The notes under the pieces are model-generated. The model searched no databases and was not told the DNA's origin. It worked only from the letters and a program-made list of their open reading frames with translations. From Chloroflexota bacterium (GTDB taxonomy: Bacteria; Chloroflexota; UBA11872; VXOZ01): DNA of 64,000 nucleotides. The stretch covers positions 3,168,001 to 3,232,000 of the forward strand of contig OY760183.1 of the NCBI GenBank assembly GCA_963663275.1. Reading direction: 5' to 3'. The position numbers were made by a program, and so were the translations under genes. This document shows, piece after piece, positions 20,092 through 29,500 of the stretch (within the stretch, counting starts at the first letter, position 1; every line of letters starts with the position of its first letter).

Positions 20092-20124
20092 GCGGAGTAT
20101 AGCATGGGACGTATGCCGGGACAA
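20092..20124 (-). promoter_or_regulatory. tRNA-type sigma70 promoter, copy D (points at katG)
   Basis: Minus strand TTGTCC-N17-TATACT; 18 bp identical to the intact tRNA promoter (gcggagtatagcatggga). Confidence 0.7.
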
Positions 20125-20140
20125 TCGAGGACGGCGCGCG

Positions 20141-20488
20141 CTACTCGCTCTCTTCCGCGCCGCCCGCCTGGGCGTGCCTGGCGTGGAAGCCCCACCAGGC
20201 GAGGGCGATCACGGCAACCACGACAACGGGTATCCACACCCACGTCCACGTCTCCCACGCAATGATGCGCATCAGGAGCATCGCGGCGGAGAGGGAGAGC
20301 AGGATGCTGGGCACGTGCTGCTTCTGCAGGGACGCGATGCTACCGACGCCCATGAAGATGCCGGGGACGATGAAACTGCTCCACGGCTCATCCGTGAAGA
20401 TGACACCTACCACCTGGGCAACGACCAACCCCAACACGAACATGGCAGCGTACTTGCCAATCGACGCAGCGGAAATCATGGATGCCAC
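20141..20488 (-). CDS. Hypothetical membrane protein (~4 TM)
   Basis: Four hydrophobic stretches; GGGAG RBS upstream. Confidence 0.65.
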   Translation of the reverse strand: MASMISAASIGKYAAMFVLGLVVAQVVGVIFTDEPWSSFIVPGIFMGVGSIASLQKQHVPSILLSLSAAMLLMRIIAWETWTWVWIPVVVVAVIALAWWGFHARHAQAGGAEESE

Positions 20489-20570
20489 TCCCTTCAGTGT
20501 AAATGAGTCTTCCGCCGTCCATGATACGCCATTGGCGCAAACGGGGCAGCGCGCCGCCCGTGGCGCGGGG

Positions 20571-23500
20571 CTAGACCCAGTGGCGGCGGCGCTGGAAGGG
20601 ATAGGTGGGCAGCGCGACGCGCCGCCGGGTTTCGCCGGCGAAGAGACCGCCGAACGAGACGTTCAGCCCGGCTGCGTACGCGGCCGCGACCGCCTGCGTG
20701 AACGCTTCATGGGCTGGCGGCGCTTCCCCGCCGTCCGCAGTCTGCGCCGGAGCGGCGAGCACGGTAGGCGCAGGGGCGGCTTGCGGCCAAGCGCCGCCGA
20801 TCCGCCGGCCAAGCATGGCGTCCGAGCCGATTTCCAGCACCGCGTCCACCCCAAGCCGCGCCAGCGTCTCGGCGCAGCCGGAGAAATCGCCCGCGCCGCC
20901 GTCGTTGGCGCGTTGCCAGTCTTGCCGCAACCAGTAGCCGCCGTCAAGCGCGTCCTCGGGCGCTACGACGCGGCCGGTGGCGCTGCTGACAAGCGGCACG
21001 GCGGGCGCGGCAAGCGAGTTCACACTATCCGCCGCTTCCGATCCGGTCGCCGTTTCCGACGCGGTCGCCGTCTCTGACGCAGCCATCGCCAGGCGAGCGC
21101 CGTCCTCCAGCGTGAACACGCCGGCCGCTTGCGCCGCCGCCAGCGCGCCCGCGCCGTGCCCCACAACCGCGTTGGGACGTATGCCCACGCTGGCCCATTG
21201 CGCGGTCAGAGCGCAGCCAAGCGCATAGGCGGCCATCCCGGCCAAAGCAGGATCATCCGCATCCCGCTCATCCCCGGGTTCACCGAGAAACACGTTCAGC
21301 AGCGAGACGTCCCGCGCTTCCCGCAACACCGCGTCGCAGCGGTCCAGCGCGTCCCGCGCCACCGGCTCGCCGCGATAGAGCGCCGCGGCCATACCGGCCC
21401 ACTCGTCGCCCGGCCCGGCGTACAGGAAAGCGACCTTGGTCGCCGCGGGCGGGTCATCCTCATCCAAAACCTCGTCGGCAGCGGCCAGCGCGCGCAGTCG
21501 TTGCCGCAGTTGCGCCGCGTCGCCGAAAACCAGCCCGGCGCGGTGCGAAAAGTGGCTGCGGCCCACCCCGGCGGTCCAGGCCGCGTCGGCGAGCGCCTCG
21601 TTCAAGGCCGGTCTATCTTCACCGCCATTAGCGGAGAGTTGGTCGAGCCACGCCAGGTACCGTTCCGCCAGGTCTCGCAGCGCGCCCGCCGACTTGCCGG
21701 AAAGCGGCAAGAGGCGCGCCGCGCGCTCCACGCCCTCAGCAGCCTCAAGCGCCGGAGCGCCATCGTCCTGTTCCGCCAGCGGAACGGGTACCGCTTGGGG
21801 ACTGCCCGCGGGCAGAACCGCGCCGTTGGCCGCCGTGGGCGCATTCGCCGGAGAGCCGTAGCCCTCCACCAGGACGTGCGCGTTCGCGCCGGAAATGCCG
21901 AAGGCGTTCACCCCGGCCAGCGGCTGGCGGCCGGAAGTATCGGGCCACGCCGTCTCGTCGGCGGTGACCCGCAGCGGCAATTCCTCCCAATCGACATTTG
22001 GATTTGGATTTTCAAAGTGGAGATGCTTGGGAATCACCCCCTGGTTCATGGCAAGGACCGTCTTGATGAGCGCCGCGCTGCCGGCTGCCCATTCGGTGTG
22101 GCCGATGTTGGACTTGACCGTGCCCACCAGCAGCGGGCGTTCGGTGTCGCGGTCCTGGCCGTAGACCGAGGCCGCGGCGTGCAACTCGATCGGGTCGCCC
22201 ATCGGGGATCCGGTGGCGTGCGCTTCCAGATAGTCCACCTGGGAAGGAAGGACGCCCGCCTGTGCCAGGGCTTCCGCCATTACGCGCTCCTGGGACGGGC
22301 CATTGGGCACGGTGAGACCCGCGCTGGCGCCGCTCTGGTTGACGGCGGAACCGCGAATGACGGCATAGATTCGATCGCCGTCGGCTTCGGCTTGGCTCAG
22401 GCGCTTGAGCGCCACGATGCCGCAGCCCTCGCCGCGCACGTATCCGTTGGCGGCGGCGTCGAACGGCCGGCACTGGCCGGTGGGCGATAACAATTCGAAC
22501 TCCATCATGAACCGGGATAGCCCGGGCGAGAGCACGACGTTCACGCCCCCGGCCAGCGCCAGATCCACTTCGCCCCGCTGCAAGCCGACGACGCCCTGAT
22601 GAACAGCCGCAAGCGCCGACGCGCAGGCCATGTCCAACGGCATCGCCGGCCCTGCCAACCCCAAAGCGAACGCGACCCGGCCCACCGCCACGCTGCCGGT
22701 GGTGCCCAGATAGTTGTGCGCCGCGTTGCGGGCCGCTGCCACCTCCCGGTATTCGCTGCTGCTCACGCCGGCGTAGACGCCGGCGCGGCTGCCCCGCAGG
22801 CTCTCCGGGTCGATGCCGGCATCCTCCAGGGCCTGCCAGGTCGTCTCCAGCAGCATGCGCTGTTGGGGATCCATCATCCGCGCCTCGATCGGCGCAATGC
22901 GGAAGAAGCGGGAGTCGAACAGGTCGATGTCCGCGACGAACGCGCCGCGCCGGGTGGCCACGTCCGGGGCCTCCGGGTCTCCCACCGTCCCGCTCCAGTC
23001 ACTGCCGCCCTGGCGACCGTCGGAGATCGCGTCGGTCCCGTTTGCCAGGAGTTCCCAGAAAGACGCCAGGTCCGGCGCGCCCGGGAAGCGGCAGGCCATG
23101 CCCACGATGGCGATAGCGTCGTCTTCTGCGCCTCTCTCACGTTGCGGTTGCGGCGCCGCGGGTTCGGCGCTCGCTTCGGCAACGGCCGCGGGAGCGTCTG
23201 CGCTCAGTACCTCGGACAATTCCGCCGCCAGGTGGACGGCCAGCGCCTCCACGTTGGGATAGTCGAACACCGCCGTGTTGGAGACCACGTATTCGTCCGC
23301 CAGCGCCCGGTTCAGCCGGTTGCGCAACTCCACCGCCATGAGCGAGTCCATGCCCAGGTCGAAGAAGCCAATCGTGGTCGCCGGCGGGGTCGGCAGGCGC
23401 AGCACTGCCTGGGTCTCCGCCTGCAAAAGGGAAACCAGCAGCGGTTCCCACTCGCCGGCGGGCGCTTGCCGCAGCCGGGTCGGGAGGTCTTCCTGCGGGG

Positions 23501-26500
23501 TGTCCGCGTCGCCGTCCGCCGCCGCGTCTTCGGTAACCAATTCCTCAAGGTACGGGGGCTTTTCCTCGAAATTCTCGATGAACATGGGCCAGTCTACCGC
23601 CGCCGCCATGCCGGACGTCTGGTCCTGGCGCACCAATTCGTCGAAGGCCTCGAGGCCCTGTTGCGGGCTGATCCAGTCGGTGCCCGACGCGGCCAGTTGC
23701 CGCTCGATGCGGGCGCGCTGCTCTTCGGCCTCGCCCAGCCCCGACCACGCGCCCCAGGCGATCGCCTGGCCCGGCAGGCCCAGGGAGCGCCGGTAGCCGG
23801 CCAGTTGGTCCAGGAAAGCGTTGGCCGCCGCATGGTTGCCCTGGCCCGCGTTGCCCAGCACGCCGGTGACGCTGGAAAAGAGCACGAACAGATCCAGGTC
23901 CTGGCGGCGGGTCGCCTGGTGCAAGTGCCACGCGCCCAGCACCTTGGGCCACAGCACCTGCTCGTACCGCTCCCACGTCTGATTACCCAGGGAACCGTCG
24001 GAGAGGACGCCCACGCTGTGGACAATACCGGCCAGCGGCGGCGCGCTGGCGCGCAGCCGCTCCAGCATGGCGTCCAGAGCGGCCGGATCGGCCGCGTCCG
24101 CCAACTCCACCCGCACGTCCGCGCCCTGCCGCCGCAAGGCGTCGATCGCCGCCGCGGCCGGGGGGTCCGGCGGGCGGCGGCCGTTCAACACGATCACGCC
24201 GGCGCCCCGCTCCGCCAGCCAGCCGGCTACCTGCGTGCCAATGCCGCCCATGCCGCCGGTTACCAGGTACGCGCGGTCCGCCCGCAAGCGCCCGTGGGCG
24301 AGCGGCGGCATGACGATGACGATCTTGCCCACGTGGCGCGTCGAGCGCATGAAATCCATCGCCGCCGCCACTTCGGCCATGGGCCAACGGGTGAATGGCA
24401 GCGGGGCAAGAGACTCGCCGTCGTTCACGCGCGCCATCACGCGCCGCAGCGACGCCCCGGGGGTAGCCGGGTCTTCCCGCTTCAAGACATCCAACGCCAA
24501 CACCGCGTAGGCAACGTCGGGCCGGGCCGCCGCCATCTCTTCCGGGGTCCAAATGTCGCGCCTGCCCAATTCTACGAAGCGGCCGCCTTCAGCCAAACAC
24601 GCGAGGCCGGCCTCGATATAACCCGGCCCGGTAAGGGTGTTCAGCACCACGTCCACGCCGGCCCCGCCGGTAGCCTGGAGGATTTCATCCGCAAAATCGG
24701 TACTGCGGCTGTCGAAGACGTGCGTTACGCCCTGCGAACGCAGGTAGGCGTGCTTGGCTTTGCTGGCCGTGGCGAACACTTCCGCGCCGGCCGCCCGGAC
24801 GAGTTGGATGGCCGCCAGGCCCACCCCGCCGGAGGCGGTATGGATGAGCACCCGCTCTCCGGCATTCAGACCGGTAAACTGGAAAGACAATTCCGCGGAA
24901 ACGAAGGCTTCGGGAATGGTGGCCAGCGCGGCCGCGGGCGCTGCCGTGTCCACCCGCGCCACCATCTCGGCGCGCGTTACTACCTCCGGCCTGAACGTGC
25001 CGATACCCAGGCCCACCACGCGCTCGCCCACGCGAAACTCGGTCACGTCCGGCGCAACTTCCGTCACGCGGCCGCAGAACTCGGCGCCCAGCACCGGCAC
25101 ATTTTCCACCGCGCCCAGGCTGATGAGCACGTCGGCAAAGTTGAGGCCGGCCGCTTCCACCGCCACCCGCACGTCGCCGCTCCCCAGCGGCTGCGGCGCG
25201 GCGGGCTCGGCGCGCAGCCCTTCCAGTCCCTCGCCCGCGGTGGGCGCCAGCCGCCAGTCCGGCTCCTGCGGCAGTTCGACGCGCGACCGGCCCTCCCCTC
25301 GCTTGACCAGCCGCGCCGCCAGACGCTTGCCGGATCGGTAGGCGACGTGGGTCTCCGCGTCCGGGAACATGATTTCGTCAACCAGAGCGCCGGCATCCGG
25401 CGGCGCGTCCGGTTCCAGGTCGATCATGCGCGGTTGCAGGTAGCCGACCTCCCGCGCCAGCGCCTTGCCGAAGCCCCAGAGCGCGGCGCCGGCCAGTTGG
25501 TCGACGCTCTCCAGCATGTAGTCCCGCTCCAACGCCTGCGCGCCCCGGGTAAGGATCCACAGACCCTTTTCCGGCCTCAGCCCGGTGTCCTGCAAGGCCT
25601 GCGCCAATGCCAATGCGCTCGCGCCCGTCCGGCTCGCGTCAGCCGCCAACTGCGCCGTGGTTGCCTCCGTCCCGTGACCCTCCAGCGCGGCGCAGTGCAC
25701 CACGCCCTGCAACGGCGCATCCCCGGGCAGATTCTCCAACAGTCTCCGCCAGGACTCTCTGTCTTCCGCGTCCACCTGAACGGGGAAGACGCCGGGGCCG
25801 TCGCTTGCGCTCATGCCACCGCTGTGAGCCGTGCCCGCCACCGCCACCGTCTGGTTTTGCGCCGCCAGACGCGCCGCCAGCATTTCCGCCGCTACCGCAT
25901 GGTCCGACGCCACAACCCACGCGCCCCTGTCCTGGACTATCTCCGCCGGCCCTTGACCGAGTATGACGCCGGAACCCAGGGGCCCGTCGGCGCCCGGGCT
26001 CTCCCCGCCCAGCACCGCCGTGTCCTCAAAGCCAACGTCCGCCAAGGCCCGGCGCCACACCTCCGGCGAGGCAAGGGCGTGATGTGGGCGGTAGTCATCG
26101 GCATAGCGCCACCAGCCGTCCAATTGACCGAAGGTCATGTCCTGCCAGCCGCGGCCGCGCAGATTCTCCATCGCGATCAACTTGCCGGACGGCGCCAGGA
26201 GGCGCTGGCAATTGGTCAGGGTCTCTTCCAGGCTGCGGGTGGCGTGGAGGACGTTGACGGCGATTACCAGGTCGTAGGCGTGCCGGTCGAACCCTTGTTC
26301 GGCCGGGTCGCGCTCGATGTTCAGCGGGCGGTACTCGATAGGCGCGTCAACCTCGCTGAACCGCCGTTCGGCCTCGGCAAAGAAGCCCGCCGAAATATCC
26401 GTAAAGACGTAGTCGTACCCGCCGGCCGGCAGTTCCGGCAGCACGGACGTCGTGCCGGCGCCGGTGCCCGCGCCCACTTCCACAATGCGCAGCGGGCGGT

Positions 26501-29500
26501 CGCCCGGCCAGCCGGCGACGGTGGCCGCCACCGCGTCGGCCAGGATCCGGTTGGAGGCCCGTGACGCCGGCGCGGCAAAGTAGTAGTCCTGCGCGCCGGG
26601 CCCTTCCCGGGGGAAGAGGATTGACAGAGGATCCACCTCGCCCCGCAGCACCTCGGCCAGCGCGCCGCCGCTGCGCCTCAGCAGTCCCAATTCGACGGCG
26701 CCGTGGGGATGCACCTCCGCTATGCGGTCGGCAAACGCTTCCGCATCGCCCAGGACTTCGTCCGGCAGCGGCTCAGCGGCGCTCAATTCCACGCGGTAGC
26801 CGCCGTTCGCGGTGTGGCTCAATTCCCCGGCGTCGGCCAACAAGCGCAGCATGCGTTCCAACAATTTCCCATGTTCCGGCAAAACGTCCAGCCGCTCCCG
26901 CAACGCTTCCGGATCGATGGCCGTCCCCGCCTCGCGCTGCCATCCCAGCCGGTGCAGGGCCGCCAAGGCGTACGAGCGAGCCAACCGCTCCAGGTCGCGC
27001 AACAGCGCCGCCCGCTCGCCGGTATTGACGCCTTCCTGAGAGAGATAGTCGGCATACGTGCCCGCGTCCGCCGCAACCGCGGACGGCCCGTTCAGCGCGG
27101 CGGCGGAGCGCAAACCGCCCGCCAGGGGACGTTCGCGCCACACGTGCTCGTACAGAAGTTCCCCCACGCCTTCCGCTGACGTCAGCAAAGACGCCCGCGT
27201 GGCGCGCTTCAGGGCAAAGCCGGTCAATTCGCCCACCGGCGCGCCGTCCGGCGTGTAGAGCCACACGTCTCCCGTAAGGGTTTCCGGCGTCAGGGCGGCC
27301 GCTTCCCCCTCTTCCTGCCCCTGCGCGCTCTCCCGCACGCGCGCGCGGCAGACAATCCGCTCAGGCAGCGGCCCGCTCAGCCGCAGCCGCTCCCAACCGA
27401 ACGGCAGGTAGGTGGCGTCGCCACCGATGCCCGCCAGGTTGCGGGCGGCCGACATGACCTGAAAGCAGCCGTCCAGCAGCAGCGGATGGAGACTCGAACC
27501 GTCGGCCTCTTCGCCGTCTTGCAGCGCGACTTCCCCCACCGCCTCGCCTTCGTCACCCCACAACGCTTCCAGGGTGCGGAAGGACGGCCCAAAGTCAATG
27601 CCGCTCGCGGTCTTGTCCCGGTAGTAGCCGTTCAGGTCCACCGCATCGAGACGCGCCCGCAGGGCCGCAAGATCCATCCTCTCGCCGTTGGACGGCCCGC
27701 CCAAGCCGTCGGAGAGCCGGCCCTCGGCGTGGAGCGTCCACTCCTCGCCGTCATCGCCTTTGCTGAAAATCTCGAAAGCGCGGGCGGCCCCGTTCTCGGG
27801 CGCGTCGACGACCAGTTGCAGCCGGCGACCCGGCTCCGGGTTTTCGTCCGGCTCCCCGTGCTCGGCGCTTTGTTCCGGGTACACCAACGGGCTGTGCAGT
27901 TGCAGTTCCTCCACCACGGCGGCGTCCGCCCCCTCGGCCAGGAGCGCGGTCGCGGCCATCGCGCCGTACACCGCCCCGGGCATCACCACCCGGCCGAACA
28001 CCTGGTGATGGTCGAGCCAGGGCGGATCCGAGGGGAACATCTCCGTCTCGTACGCGACCTCGCCACGCGGCGATTCGCGCTTTGCGCCCAGCAGCGGATG
28101 CGCCTCTTCCTCGAAATCGCCGTTCCCTGAGGCGCGCCGCCGGCCGGCCGCTACCCAGTAGCGCCGCCGCTGGAAAGGATAGCCGGGCACGGAGACGCGC
28201 TGCCGTTCTTCACCGGCGTAGAGGCCACTCCAGTCCACCGGCAGACCGGCCTGGTATGCATCGCCGACGGCGCGCATGAAAGCGTCCGCCCGTTCCGGTT
28301 CTGAGCCGTCGTAGGCCGGGCGCAGCAAGCTCTGCAAGACCGCCGGAGACGCGGCGGCGCCCGCGTTCTCAGGCCAGTTCATGGAAACCAAAGGGCCCAG
28401 TATCGCGTGGGGGCCAAGCTCGATGACGGCGTCCACGCCGAGGCGGGCCAGACTCTCGATACAGTCCCGAAAGGCCACCCGCTGCCGGGCGTGGCGCCGC
28501 CAGTACGCGCCGTCCATCCTGACTTCCACTTCCCGGCCGGTGACGTTGCTGATGAGCGGCACGGCGGGGTCTGAGACCGGCATATCCGCCAGTGCCGCCA
28601 CCATGTCGTCCAGCCCGGGCTCGACCATGGCGCTGTGGTAGGCGGGGCTGGGCCTGAGCCGCCGCACGGACACGCCCGCCGCTTCCATCTCGTCCGCCAG
28701 ACCATGCACTGCCGCGCGCGGCCCGCTGACCACCTGGTGCGTGCCGTTGTCCACGCCGATGCAAAGCTCCGCGCCGGGCTGGTTCTCGTTCCACTGAGCA
28801 ATCGCCGCCGCCACCCGGGGCGCCGGGGCAAAGATGGCCGCCATAGCCCCGTCCATGGGCAGGTCTCCCAGAATGCTCCCCCGGGCCGCGGCAAAGCGCA
28901 GGCCGTCTTCCAAAGACAGCACTCCGGCCGCCTGGGCCGCCGCGATTTCGCCCAAACTGTGGCCCACCACCACGTCGGGACGAATGCCCACGCTCTCCCA
29001 GAGCGCGGTGAGAGCGCACTCCAGAGCGTAGATGGCCGGCTGGGTCCAGCGCGGCTCATCCAAGTCCCCGGCAGCGCCGGACCGGCCGAACATCACGTCC
29101 AGCAGAGATTCTCCACGCTCTTCTCGCAGGAGCCGGTCGCAGCGGTCGAGAACGGCGCGGAAGACCGGTTCCGTCCGGTAGAGCAGCACGCCCATGCCCA
29201 CCCACTGGTTCCCCTGCCCGGTGTAGGCGAAGGCTACCTTGGACGCGGCTGTGGCGGGCGCGTCATCGGCTGTATCCGCGATCCGCCGCAACTCGTCCCG
29301 CAGCCCGCCGGCGTCCCGGAAAACCGCCGCGCCGCGCCGCTGGAAGTGGCGGCGCGCGACGCTGGCGCTCCAGGCCGCGTCGGCCAGAGCGTCGTTCGCG
29401 GCGAGATTGGCATCGCCTTCCGCGCCCTCCGCCGCGTCCGCGCCGTTCCGGTCGTCCAGCCAGTAGAGGTACGCATCGGCCGCGTCCCGCAGCGCGCCGC

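Noticed and set aside
22599-26564. 1321-aa plus-strand ORF (and similar long antisense ORFs over katG, MATE, tal and pyk)
   Set aside because: Shadow ORFs from high-GC codon bias opposite well-supported genes; no motifs.
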